From Thermodesulfovibrio sp. (GTDB lineage Bacteria > Nitrospirota > Thermodesulfovibrionia > Thermodesulfovibrionales > Thermodesulfovibrionaceae), in contig JANXCZ010000038.1 of the NCBI GenBank assembly GCA_025060075.1, positions 16,049 to 80,048 on the forward strand: 64,000 nucleotides of DNA. The letters run 5' to 3'. The notes beneath the pieces are model-generated. The model worked only from the letters and a program-made list of their open reading frames with translations, did no database searches and was not told where the DNA came from. This document shows, in pieces, positions 28,590-38,329 of this stretch. Position 1 is the first letter of the stretch, and every line of letters starts with the position of its first letter. The translations under genes and the position numbers were made by a program.

Positions 28590-30071
28590 TCATCCCCCTA
28601 AAGTCTGATTCACTATTAACATTATCAGCTTCATAAAAAGATCTGGATATAAAAATATCAACAATGTTAAAACCGCAGTCAAAACTGTTGGAATTAAGAC
28701 AAGAATCGGAGCTTCATTTATTCCATTATATTCATTATTCTTTGATTCTTTCATAAAAGCTGCATAAACTATTGGCATAAAATAACAAGCATTTAATATT
28801 GTACTTATAGCTAAAATAACCAATACAAAGAGCTCATCTGACTCAATAGCACCAACACTAAGATACCACTTACTAATAAATCCTGCAAAAGGTGGAACTC
28901 CTATCATTGAGACAGCTCCTACTGTAAATGACGCCATGGTAAGAGGCATTCTTTTTCCTATTCCATCAAGTTCGCTTATTTTTGTTTTACGAGTTGCTAC
29001 ATATATTGCTCCCGCAGTAAAAAATAGAGTAATCTTACCAAAGGCATGGGCTACAATATGAAATATACTTCCTTTTAGTGCTGAAGGACTAAGAAGAGCT
29101 GCACCAAGTACAATATAGGAAAGCTGGCTTACTGTTGAATAGGCAAGTCTTAGTTTTAAGTTATCCTGTCTTAAAGCTATAACGGAAGCTGCCACTATAG
29201 TAAAAGATGCAACTACAGCAAGTACTGTTCCTAAATTAAGACTTTTTAAAAGATCAACGCCAAATATATAAAAAACAACTCTTATAATCATGAATACGCC
29301 AGTCTTTACTACAGCTACAGCATGAAGAAGCGCACTTACAGGTGTAGGTGCAACCATTGCTGCAGGAAGCCAACTATGAAGTGGCATTATAGCAGCTTTT
29401 GTAATTCCTGCAATATAAAGAAGAAAAGTAATTGTTAACAATGAGGAAGAAATATCACTACTTAAGAGTCCTCCTTTTGAAAAATAGAGATTTCCTGAAA
29501 GACAGTAAGTAAATACAATTGCTGTAAGTTGAAATGCCACAGAAGTACTAAGTAAATAGGCCAGATACTTTCTGGCACCTTTCTTTGCTTCTTCAGTTTC
29601 TTTATGAGCCACAAGAGGATATGTAGCTATCGTTATAATTTCATAAAAGACAAAAGCAGTAAAAATATTTGCTGAAAAAGCTACTGCCATTGTAGCAGAA
29701 AGAGTTATTGCAAAATAAACAAAATAACGAGTCTGTTTATGTTCATTAAGTCCACGCATATATCCTATTGAGTAAAAAGAAGTAATAATCCAAAGAAAAG
29801 ATGCTGTCATTGCGAAAAATAACCCTAAGGCATCAACTCTAAAATGTAAAATAAGCTCAGATGTTATTTTAAATAAGTAGTATTCAATTACTTTACCACA
29901 CAGAATATCTGGTAACATTGAGACAACTACCAAAAATTTTAAAATAGAGGCAAGAATACTCCATGTCTCTCTCAGATTTCTTAATTTTTCACCAGTTATT
30001 GCTATGAGAAAAGCTGATAATGCTGATACTGTTATTGCCAGTATAGGTTTTATTGAAATAATTGTTTCCAT
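28590..30071 (-). CDS. Mrp/Mnh subunit D-like 2
   Basis: FYEIIT, HSWLPAAMVAPTPVSALLHAVAVVK, LAYSTVSQLS, HAFGKITLFF, GFISKW. Confidence 0.9.
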   Translation of the reverse strand: METIISIKPILAITVSALSAFLIAITGEKLRNLRETWSILASILKFLVVVSMLPDILCGKVIEYYLFKITSELILHFRVDALGLFFAMTASFLWIITSFYSIGYMRGLNEHKQTRYFVYFAITLSATMAVAFSANIFTAFVFYEIITIATYPLVAHKETEEAKKGARKYLAYLLSTSVAFQLTAIVFTYCLSGNLYFSKGGLLSSDISSSLLTITFLLYIAGITKAAIMPLHSWLPAAMVAPTPVSALLHAVAVVKTGVFMIIRVVFYIFGVDLLKSLNLGTVLAVVASFTIVAASVIALRQDNLKLRLAYSTVSQLSYIVLGAALLSPSALKGSIFHIVAHAFGKITLFFTAGAIYVATRKTKISELDGIGKRMPLTMASFTVGAVSMIGVPPFAGFISKWYLSVGAIESDELFVLVILAISTILNACYFMPIVYAAFMKESKNNEYNGINEAPILVLIPTVLTAVLTLLIFLYPDLFMKLIMLIVNQTLGG

Positions 30072-30075
30072 AAAT

Positions 30076-31557
30076 CTAAAATCCCTTTGGCAAACTAAAT
30101 CTAATCACAGATGAAATAATCTCTCCACTGTAAAATCCTATCATTAAAATTGCTAAGGTTGTTATAACTATTGGAATCATCATGCTTATAGGTAATTCCC
30201 GAAAGTTATACATGAAAGTATTATCATTTTTTGTAAAGTAAATTTTTTCAAGAATTCTGAAAAATATGAGTGCATTAACTAAACTACTAAAAATAAGAGC
30301 GGCTGTAGAAACCAAGTATCCTGCCTTGATAGCACCTACTATTAAATACCACTTACTAAAAAATCCTGCAGTAGGAGGAATTCCTATCATAGATAAAGCT
30401 GCTATGGTAAATGATGCCATTGTGATCGGCATATTTCTGTTAAGTCCTTTAAAGTCTTCAATATTTCTTGAACCAATTCTATAAAATACTCCTCCTGCAA
30501 TCATAAATAGACAACCAATCATTAATGAATCATTCAGTATGTGTAAAACAGCACCTATAAATCCTTCTTTATTCCCTATATTTATACCAAATACCATATA
30601 TCCTATCTCTGTAATCAATATATAAGAAAGAGTTCTCTTAAAGTCTTTCTGCCCTATTGCAATGAGACTACCAAAAAATATTGCTATTGTTGACCACCAT
30701 ATAAGAATATTTGAAAGAGGAGTCATCTCTATTAGGAATCTTGGCTCAAAAAGTGTAAAGGATATTCTAATTAAAACATATATACCAACCTTTGTTACAG
30801 TGGCTGAAGCAAAAGCACTAACAGCAGAAGGTGCAAAGGTATATGAGTCTGGCAGCCATCTATGAAGTGGAAATAGGGCTATTTTAATTCCAATACCTAC
30901 TATAAAAAATGCTAAAGCTGTGAGAGTCACTTTTGATTCATAAAGAGATGGTAGAAGTCGTGTAAGATCACTAATATTTAATGAACCTGTAATGATATAG
31001 ATATATCCTACTCCCAACAAATAAAAACAAGCTCCTATAGTACCCATTATTATATAGTGAAAACTTGCAAGAACAGAGCGTTTCTCTCCAATGGCTACCA
31101 AAGCATATGCTGAAAGAGAGGCTATTTCAAGAAAGACATAAAGATTAAAGATATCTCCAGTGACTGTTATTCCAAATAATCCTGTTGCAAGAAGTAAGTA
31201 TGTAGAGTAGAAATAAGGTAGTTTTGATTTTGGAATCTCCTTTTTTACACTCTCCTTAGAGTAAATAGCTACAATAAAGCTCATTGATGAAACTATGACA
31301 AGTAAATAGGCATTCAAATGATCTATCACATATTCAATTCCCCATGGAGGCATCCAGCCACCAAGTCTGTATCTTATTATTCCGAAGTTAATAACTTGGT
31401 ATAATATATCAATTGAAAGGGCTACACATATACCTAAAACCAATACAAAAAAAGGATAACAAAGTTTCCTTTGAAGAAAATTTAAAAATATATTAACAAA
31501 TGAGGCAATTAAAGGAATAACAACGATTAATATTGAGGAGTGCTCTGACAGATTCAT
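30076..31557 (-). CDS. mnhD: Mrp/Mnh subunit D
   Basis: GGWMPPWGIE, DIFNLYVFLE, FPLHRWLPDSY, GIPPTAGFFSKW. Confidence 0.88.
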   Translation of the reverse strand: MNLSEHSSILIVVIPLIASFVNIFLNFLQRKLCYPFFVLVLGICVALSIDILYQVINFGIIRYRLGGWMPPWGIEYVIDHLNAYLLVIVSSMSFIVAIYSKESVKKEIPKSKLPYFYSTYLLLATGLFGITVTGDIFNLYVFLEIASLSAYALVAIGEKRSVLASFHYIIMGTIGACFYLLGVGYIYIITGSLNISDLTRLLPSLYESKVTLTALAFFIVGIGIKIALFPLHRWLPDSYTFAPSAVSAFASATVTKVGIYVLIRISFTLFEPRFLIEMTPLSNILIWWSTIAIFFGSLIAIGQKDFKRTLSYILITEIGYMVFGINIGNKEGFIGAVLHILNDSLMIGCLFMIAGGVFYRIGSRNIEDFKGLNRNMPITMASFTIAALSMIGIPPTAGFFSKWYLIVGAIKAGYLVSTAALIFSSLVNALIFFRILEKIYFTKNDNTFMYNFRELPISMMIPIVITTLAILMIGFYSGEIISSVIRFSLPKGF

Positions 31558-31928
31558 TTTTTCTTTCTTAGAATTTCAATTATTTCATCTTCATCAAGAG
31601 TTTTATACTGGTTATAAAGCATCATAATAACGGCAAGGGCCACACCAAATGTACTTACCATTACCACTATGGCAGTAAGCATAAGCACATGAGGTAAAGG
31701 ATTAATATATTGTGCTGGATCTATGACTTCTTGAGATTTAATTAAAATAGGTATTGTAGCATCTTTTTTATAGGCTGTTGATATGAAAAATAGTATTATT
31801 GCAGTCTGAAATATATTCATTCCTACAATTTTTTTTACCAGATTCCTTTTTGCTATCATGGCATAAAATCCTATCATCATAAGAGCTATGTAAATCCAAT
31901 AGTTATATTTACCAATAACTGTCTCCAT
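31554..31928 (-). CDS. mnhC: Mrp/Mnh subunit C
   Basis: NLVKKIVG...NPLPHVLMLTAIVV. Confidence 0.92.
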   Translation of the reverse strand: METVIGKYNYWIYIALMMIGFYAMIAKRNLVKKIVGMNIFQTAIILFFISTAYKKDATIPILIKSQEVIDPAQYINPLPHVLMLTAIVVMVSTFGVALAVIMMLYNQYKTLDEDEIIEILRKKK

Positions 31929-32390
31929 TTAGACTTCTCCTTTTTCATGTTTACCAAGGGTTGTAAGATTAAGGAATATGGATACCATAACAGCCATTAC
32001 AGTAATTCCAACACCAATCTCTATAATTAAAGTGCCTAAAGCGCGAACCTTAACAGAATCAGTTGGAATAATCTTATGAAGAATTCCATAGTTTAAATAC
32101 TCTGCTCCTAACAGTATGCACAAAACTCCAACTAACGCATATATAAGAACTCCTAAGGCTATTAAGAGAATATTTTTTTTCTCTGAAAACCTTCTTTTCA
32201 TCCAGTTTATATCATAGGCAATTACCATTAGAATAAATGATGCACCTAAGATACATCCTCCTTGAAATCCTCCACCTGGACTATAATGTCCATGTGCAAT
32301 AACATAAAAAGCAAAAAGCTGAATAAGAGGAATCATAATCCTACAAACTGTTTGTATTATTAGATCATCATAAAGTCTTATCATCTTCAA
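31929..32390 (-). CDS. mnhB: Mrp/Mnh subunit B
   Basis: HGHYSPGGGFQGG...EIGVG. Confidence 0.9.
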   Translation of the reverse strand: MKMIRLYDDLIIQTVCRIMIPLIQLFAFYVIAHGHYSPGGGFQGGCILGASFILMVIAYDINWMKRRFSEKKNILLIALGVLIYALVGVLCILLGAEYLNYGILHKIIPTDSVKVRALGTLIIEIGVGITVMAVMVSIFLNLTTLGKHEKGEV

Positions 32391-32652
32391 ATCTCCTTAA
32401 AAGCAGAATACATACAACAGCAGCAGTAAATATTACCGTTGTTTCTCCTAAGGTATCATATCCTCTGTAGTCTGCAAGAACTGAAGTCACAGCATTTGGA
32501 GTAGCAGTTTCTTCAATTGTTTTTTCAATATAACGTGGTGACACATGTAGGCTTGCTGGAGAGTTAGGATCTCCCCAGTCTGGCATATCAAGGGTGCTGT
32601 ATATAAGTACAGCACCTGTGAGTATAACTATCATTAAAGCAAAAAGCTTCAA
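32368..32652 (-). CDS. MbhE-like subunit (MrpA/MrpB split fragment)
   Basis: PNAVTSVLADYRGYDTLGETTV. Confidence 0.88.
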   Translation of the reverse strand: MKLFALMIVILTGAVLIYSTLDMPDWGDPNSPASLHVSPRYIEKTIEETATPNAVTSVLADYRGYDTLGETTVIFTAAVVCILLLRRFEDDKTL

Positions 32653-32894
32653 TCTTTTGTCCTTCTTGTTGTTTGATAAATTGCACCTATAAAAAAGGCA
32701 GTACTAATTCCAGCACCAACAGCAGCCTCTGTAAAAGCCACATCAACAGCTCCCATTTCTGCCCATAAAATGCACATAAGAAAGCTGTAGGCACCTAAAA
32801 GTATTGCAGAACTTAATAAATCTTTAACATGAATAGCTGCTAAGGCACATATTAGAAGAATAGTTAATATTAGTATTTCCATTATCCATGTCAT
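32649..32894 (-). CDS. MbhD/DUF4040-like subunit
   Basis: GAVDVAFTEAAVGAG. Confidence 0.88.
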   Translation of the reverse strand: MTWIMEILILTILLICALAAIHVKDLLSSAILLGAYSFLMCILWAEMGAVDVAFTEAAVGAGISTAFFIGAIYQTTRRTKD

Positions 32895-33238
32895 TTCTTT
32901 AAATCCTCCTTTTTTATAGGAATTACTCCACTGTCTAATCCAGCCTTTGTCAAAGCATGAGTTGCTGTAGGATTAGCAAGAAATATGAAAAAAATTATAA
33001 AGAAAATTTTTATAGAAACAAGTATTGTGCTAAAAGAAAAATCCTCTTTAAGTATGTAAACTACTACTCCCAAAAGAACCAATACTGCACCGAGAGTATC
33101 TCCTTTCCCTGTTGCTTGAAGTTTGCAATAGAAATCTGGAAATCTTAAAAGCCCAACAGTGGCAGTGAAAAAAAAGAATAATCCTATAACTACAATTATG
33201 ATTATAAAGAGATTTATAATAAAATCTAAATCTATCAT
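32891..33238 (-). CDS. mnhG: Mrp/Mnh subunit G
   Basis: GLLRFPDFY..LQATGK.DTLG...NPTATHAL. Confidence 0.92.
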   Translation of the reverse strand: MIDLDFIINLFIIIIVVIGLFFFFTATVGLLRFPDFYCKLQATGKGDTLGAVLVLLGVVVYILKEDFSFSTILVSIKIFFIIFFIFLANPTATHALTKAGLDSGVIPIKKEDLKK

Positions 33239-33543
33239 TTCCCACTCTCCCTGTCTTTTAAAAATTTAGTTCCCGGTTTTATACTTTTTCTAAGCCTAAA
33301 AAACTTAGAAGCTGCAAGTGTAGCTATAAAGTTAAGAAGAGCATAAGCAAGAGAAATATCAACAAACATTTCTATTCTTTTATAATAAACTCCTAGCAAA
33401 ACAAGAATTAATGTAGTTTTAGTTCCAATAACTCCCACTGCGGCAATTCTATCCATAATTGTAGGACTAAATATAGCACGATAAAGGCATAAAATAACCA
33501 TTATCCCCAGAACTATTATTGTTAATACGAAGAAGTTTTCCAT
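33235..33543 (-). CDS. mnhF: Mrp/Mnh subunit F
   Basis: YRAIFSPTIMDRI...DISLAYALLNF. Confidence 0.9.
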   Translation of the reverse strand: MENFFVLTIIVLGIMVILCLYRAIFSPTIMDRIAAVGVIGTKTTLILVLLGVYYKRIEMFVDISLAYALLNFIATLAASKFFRLRKSIKPGTKFLKDRESGK

Positions 33544-33546
33544 TAT

Positions 33547-34050
33547 TTATTTTCTATCAATTTTAATATCTTCTCCAAATATCTTAGCAACCCTTCTTTC
33601 CATCTCTCCAGTAAGCAAATCTTCAGCAACTTTTCTACTGATGCAGTGGATTATAAAAATATTATCCTTAGTAATGTCCATAGTTATAGTTCCAGGTGTA
33701 AGAATTATAGAGTTTGCAAATACAACTTTTGATATATCTTTTTTAAGTTTAGCTTTGTATTCAAGCACAAAAGGTTCTATTGGCATTTTAGGATGTAATA
33801 CTAAGTAAGCAACATGAATATTTGCAATAACTATCTGATAAAATAGCCAAGGAATATATTTTATAAATCTAAATCCATCTATTATATGAGATTTTGTAAT
33901 TTTTTCGCTACTAAACAATAAATCTCCTGAGATTAACGTAATTATTAAACAAGATATCACTCCGAGTGACAAATGAAAAATATCAAACATTCCAGAAAAA
34001 ATACACCAAAGCACAAAAAGAATAAAAAAGGTAACCATCTTCTTATTCAT
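33547..34050 (-). CDS. mnhE: Mrp/Mnh subunit E
   Basis: ANIHVA..VLHP...ANSIILTPGTIT...IH. Confidence 0.92.
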   Translation of the reverse strand: MNKKMVTFFILFVLWCIFSGMFDIFHLSLGVISCLIITLISGDLLFSSEKITKSHIIDGFRFIKYIPWLFYQIVIANIHVAYLVLHPKMPIEPFVLEYKAKLKKDISKVVFANSIILTPGTITMDITKDNIFIIHCISRKVAEDLLTGEMERRVAKIFGEDIKIDRK

Positions 34051-34094
34051 ATCTATTACCCTCTCTGCATAAAACAGAAATCATGCTGTAATAT

Positions 34095-34610
34095 TTATTT
34101 TTTTATCATTTCATCTGAAATTATCTCAAATATTTCAAATATTCTTACTACACCTAAAAGTTTTTTTTTGTCTTCAATCACAGGTAAAACAGGTAAGTCA
34201 AAATTAATCATTAAGTAAGCTGCTTTGAAGATTGAATCTGAAGGATCAACAAAATGTTTTGCAGGAACCATCACTTCACTCACAGGTTTTTGAAGAAAAC
34301 CTTTAGAACTATCATTGAAAAGGCTTTCCCAATCAATTTCTGTTTTTTGTCCTAGTGAAAAATCTGATATCACTGCTGAATTATTATTTGAAGATAAAAT
34401 TCCTCTTAAAACATCTTTCGGAGTTACTGTGCCAAGAAGATTATATTTTTCATCAAATACAAGTACTACAAGTGGGTCTGTATGTTTTTGAGACTGAAAA
34501 AAAGAGGCTTTTATTACTTTTATCACTTGTTCAATACTGAACCAATACGGAATGTGAGGATATTCAAACAACTCCAGCATTATGTCCTTTACAACCTTCC
34601 TTTCTGTCAT
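34095..34610 (-). CDS. CBS-domain protein leading the Mrp-like operon
   Basis: VKDIM...LVFDEKYNLLGTV...VSEVM...LPVIEDKKKLLGVVR; start at 34610 after GGAGG. Confidence 0.88.
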   Translation of the reverse strand: MTERKVVKDIMLELFEYPHIPYWFSIEQVIKVIKASFFQSQKHTDPLVVLVFDEKYNLLGTVTPKDVLRGILSSNNNSAVISDFSLGQKTEIDWESLFNDSSKGFLQKPVSEVMVPAKHFVDPSDSIFKAAYLMINFDLPVLPVIEDKKKLLGVVRIFEIFEIISDEMIKK

Positions 34611-34711
34611 CTTCCACCTCCAGAGATTCATAAAAGTTTAAAACAAAACATTTAATACTATAACATGTTTTTATAAATTTTTAGAGAAATTCTTGATAGG
34701 TGAGATAATTA

Positions 34712-35185
34712 TTATAACTTTCTCTGGAACGCAATGAGTAATTTATCTGAATCATCTCTTGTGTAAATCTTATTCAGAAGAACAACTGTCTCTCCTAAAA
34801 AAATCTTTTGAGTTACTAATATAACTGGATGATTTTCTGGTAAGTTAAAAAATAACGCTGAATCTCTTTTTCAATAAACTTATTTCAAAAAAGTATATAT
34901 TTTAGCTATTTTTATTCTACACTTTTTATCTAAAATTTCAAAAAAAGCTCTGACTCTCCAGATCTTTCTTGAGTAATTTAGGACATATATTTAATTGCTT
35001 GTATTAAAAAGGGATTTTTTCAATACACCACAAAATCTTCATATATGTTTATTTTCTTCAATTTCTAAGTCTTCACTTAAGTTATCAGCATGCATAACCA
35101 CAGTTTTAGCATCAACAGTTTTCTTACAAATATTCTCATCCTTGACCACTAAAGATTTAAAAGTAGTAGTTTACTGTTATTGCAT
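34712..35185 (-). pseudogene. GntR/HutC-family UTRA domain remnant
   Basis: Frameshifted frames give ...AKTVVMHADNLSEDLEIEENKHI / ICPKLLKKDLESQSFF / EILDKKCRIKIAKI / ALFFNLPENHPVILVTQKIFLGETVVLLNKIYTRDD, resembling a UTRA domain. Confidence 0.55.
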
Positions 35186-35291
35186 TACTCTATAAAATAT
35201 AAGATTTTGCAGTACCATATTGAAAATTCTTGCCAAAACAGAGGATTATATTATATAAAATTAACAAAAATCATAAAAGGAGGAAACCAAA

Positions 35292-35717
35292 TTGGCAGAA
35301 AAAATTTTAATTGTCGATGATGAACCAGACATGTTAAAACTACTCTCTATGATCTTAAAAGAAAAAACACCTTATGAAATAATAACCACAAATAATCCAA
35401 TAGAAGCAGTTCAACTAATAAAAACAATAGATTTTGACTTGATAATAACTGATCTAAAAATGCCAGGATTAGATGGACTACAACTTCTTGAAGAAGTAAA
35501 AAAGAAAGATGAAGATATTCCAGTAGTTATTATTACTGCCTATGGTACTATCGATTCAGCCACTGAGGCTATTGAAAAAGGAGGCTTTGATTTCATAACA
35601 AAGCCATTTAAAAAGGAACAAATTCTTTTTACCATAGAAAAAGCTTTAAAATGGTTAAAAGTGCAAAAAGAAAATAGAATGTTAAAAGATAAGCTTAAAT
35701 TAACAACAGGAAACTGA
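35292..35717 (+). CDS. Receiver-only response regulator (NtrC-type REC plus short helix)
   Basis: IVDDE, DLIITDLKMPG, ITAYG, FITKPF; TTG start after AGGAGG. Confidence 0.92.
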   Translation: MAEKILIVDDEPDMLKLLSMILKEKTPYEIITTNNPIEAVQLIKTIDFDLIITDLKMPGLDGLQLLEEVKKKDEDIPVVIITAYGTIDSATEAIEKGGFDFITKPFKKEQILFTIEKALKWLKVQKENRMLKDKLKLTTGN

Positions 35718-35721
35718 AAGA

Positions 35722-38265
35722 TTAGATATCTTTTAAGTGTTGATTTATAAAGTCATCTGTGTATATCTGAGTTACAGCATCATTGAATAAAGCCATATCA
35801 AGTTGTTTTGTGTAAGCCGTAAGTTTTCCAAGTATTTCAAGATTTTTTTCTATTGTAGCCATATCATATTTTGTTAAAATTGCATCTATTACATCTTCTT
35901 TCGTAAATACCCTAAAGCCCATTCTTTTCAGTATGTTTGAGATAAGCTTAACTCTTCGCAGTCTTCTGTCTATCGCAGCACCTCCTCCTTTGAAGAAAAA
36001 TTTAATATAATTATCATTTAAATTTTCTCCAACATAGGCTTCTATCATTGAAAAATGGTAGCCCAACCTTATACTAAAATTCATATAATTTTTGGTAACT
36101 ATACAAAAACTTTTTTTACCTATCTCCATTAATTCTTCCTCTGGAATAGATACTGAATGAGCAATCATCTCAACAAATCCCTTCGCGTCTACAGGAGGCG
36201 GTTCAGGCCATTTCATACTTGTCATTCCTCTTAACACTGCCTGTAAAGGAATAGAAAGAATATCATCTGGAGTTGCTCTTTTTAGTCCTTCCTTTAATCC
36301 TCCTCCTATATCAAGAATTAAAACGCCAATTGGAATTCCAGCTACAAGATTAATTGCATGTATCTCAGGGTCATATTTGTTCCACATTGTAAACATCTCT
36401 TGCATGACCATCTCATGACAAAATCTTGTTATGTCATGGAAGGTTTTGCAGTTTTCAGGTTTAAAGTCTGCAGATTTGGGATCAACAAGATAAAGAGGTA
36501 CTATTAATTTTATAACCTTTTCAAGAGTTTTATATATGGTTGTTTCTTTAAATAAATCTTCACTTTTTTTAGCAGTTTTTATTAATTCTTCCACTTTTCC
36601 TTCATATATAACACAATTTGTAGCATCAACTGTTATTTCTTGTCCGTTTTTTAGTATCTTTGTGGCAACTTCGGTATTAAGTATTGTGGGTACATTATAC
36701 TCTCTTGATAAAGATGCCATGTGTCCTGTTTGACTTCCAATATCAGTAATAATTGCTGAGGCTTTGTTCATTACTACTACATATTTTGGATTGGTATGTT
36801 TTGCTACTAAAACATACCCTTCAGGAAATTGTTCGAGTTCATCTTCATCTTTTAAGATAAAAACCTTACCGTATCCAACTCCCTTACAGGCAGTAACTCC
36901 CTTATCTATTAGAATTTTATATCCCTTTATGCGTGTTGGAAGTAAAACTTTAGTAGGTTTCTTTTCTCTTATTTTTAAAAGTCTTGTTTGGAGTATATAT
37001 ATATTATTTTCCCCATCTACTACCCATTCAATATCTTGCGGTCTTCCATAGTGTTCTTCTATTTTTATAGCCATTCTTGCCAATTTGATAACCTGTTCTT
37101 CTGAAAGAGAAAACTCTGCATCTTCATCGCTAATATTAATTTCTTCTAATCCTTCATAAGAACTACATATCAACATTTTAGATTGTTGACCTTTTATCTT
37201 TTCTATAATGAAAAGACTGTCTTTATCTACAATAAAAACATCTGGCTTTACTGTGCCATCTACAACGAGCTTTCCCAATCCTTTCACTGAATTAATAATT
37301 ATTCTTCTATTTTCTGGATTATTAGGGTCCTGGGAATACATAACTCCACCAGCACGGGCATTTATCATTTCAAAAACTCCGACCGCCATAACCATCTCTT
37401 TTTCAGAAAAACCCTTTGTTTTATAGTAAAAAATTGCGCTTGGATTAAAAAGGCTAGCAACAACTTCCTTGTATTTTTGAATAATCGAATCCCTTGTAAC
37501 ATTTAAAAAAGAAGAATACTGTCCTGCAAAACTAAAATAAGAGTCTTCATAGATAGCACTACTTCTTACTGAAACGTTACAATTTTTACCTGTTTTTTTA
37601 CATAAGTCATCATAGGCTGATTGTATTTTTCTTATCATTTCTTCAGGAATCTCTGAATTTATAATCATTTTCTGAATTTTTTTACTACTTTCTTCTAATT
37701 CGTCAATATTCCTAATATCTATCTCTTGAACAATAGCAGAAATTTTATCAATTAAATTATTATGCGATAAAAATTTCATAAATGAATAAGATGTTATAGC
37801 AAAACCCTCTGGAGTAGGCAATCCTAATATATTCTTGAGTTCAGCAAGATTAGATGTTTTACCACCAGCGATATTTATTGTTTCTTTATTTAGAACTTCT
37901 AATGGCAAAACAAACTCTGTTATTGGAATTTCTATTTTTGAACTTAGTTGTTTTTCAATTTTATCTTTAATTTCATTATAGATCTTTTCTAATTCTGAAT
38001 ATTTATTATCTGTAAGAGCATTTAAATTCCGAATAACCTTTAAAACTCCTTCTGATATATCATTGATTGTGGTATTAAGGTAGTGAATATCAAAAAGATA
38101 CTCTCCGGAGAACTTTTCTTCCAAATCAGCCATTAGGCTAAGAACATGGTTATTAGTAGTAAGTAGATTTTCAAAATATGTATATTTTTCTCTGAGAATC
38201 CTCTTCAGGTCTTCTTTTCTGTCATGTTTTTTATCTTTAGATTTAAAGAAATCAAAAAAACCCAT
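35722..38265 (-). CDS. PEP-synthase/PPDK-like protein (ATP-grasp plus phospho-His swivel domain, non-canonical termini)
   Basis: AGGKTSNL, VRSSA..ED...SFAGQY, AGGVMYS, PQDIEW, LQTR, then GSQTGHMASLSRE; the C-terminus (HDITRFCHE...RLGYHFS) is not the pyruvate TIM barrel. Confidence 0.85.
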   Translation of the reverse strand: MGFFDFFKSKDKKHDRKEDLKRILREKYTYFENLLTTNNHVLSLMADLEEKFSGEYLFDIHYLNTTINDISEGVLKVIRNLNALTDNKYSELEKIYNEIKDKIEKQLSSKIEIPITEFVLPLEVLNKETINIAGGKTSNLAELKNILGLPTPEGFAITSYSFMKFLSHNNLIDKISAIVQEIDIRNIDELEESSKKIQKMIINSEIPEEMIRKIQSAYDDLCKKTGKNCNVSVRSSAIYEDSYFSFAGQYSSFLNVTRDSIIQKYKEVVASLFNPSAIFYYKTKGFSEKEMVMAVGVFEMINARAGGVMYSQDPNNPENRRIIINSVKGLGKLVVDGTVKPDVFIVDKDSLFIIEKIKGQQSKMLICSSYEGLEEINISDEDAEFSLSEEQVIKLARMAIKIEEHYGRPQDIEWVVDGENNIYILQTRLLKIREKKPTKVLLPTRIKGYKILIDKGVTACKGVGYGKVFILKDEDELEQFPEGYVLVAKHTNPKYVVVMNKASAIITDIGSQTGHMASLSREYNVPTILNTEVATKILKNGQEITVDATNCVIYEGKVEELIKTAKKSEDLFKETTIYKTLEKVIKLIVPLYLVDPKSADFKPENCKTFHDITRFCHEMVMQEMFTMWNKYDPEIHAINLVAGIPIGVLILDIGGGLKEGLKRATPDDILSIPLQAVLRGMTSMKWPEPPPVDAKGFVEMIAHSVSIPEEELMEIGKKSFCIVTKNYMNFSIRLGYHFSMIEAYVGENLNDNYIKFFFKGGGAAIDRRLRRVKLISNILKRMGFRVFTKEDVIDAILTKYDMATIEKNLEILGKLTAYTKQLDMALFNDAVTQIYTDDFINQHLKDI

Positions 38266-38329
38266 AATATTTTAATTATAGCTTATTTTGGAAAGAAAAT
38301 CTTTTAAAATAAAAAGGACGCCTTCCTTT

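Noticed and set aside
26442-34050. Membrane-bound hydrogenase (Mbh/Mbx) or complex I operon
   Set aside because: No NiFe large/small subunit, NuoH-like or Fe-S subunit in the cluster.
34995-35195. 66-aa plus-strand ORF upstream of the response regulator
   Set aside because: It is antisense to the UTRA-like remnant, has no SD and has no recognisable features.
35221-35238. Possible sigma54 promoter TGGCAAGAATTTTCA on the minus strand
   Set aside because: The invariant -12 GC is missing; the same bases fit better as the TTGCCA -35 of the response regulator.
35722-38265. Canonical ppsA or rifampin phosphotransferase
   Set aside because: It lacks the PpsA C-terminal barrel motifs, and the His domain is central rather than C-terminal as in RPH.
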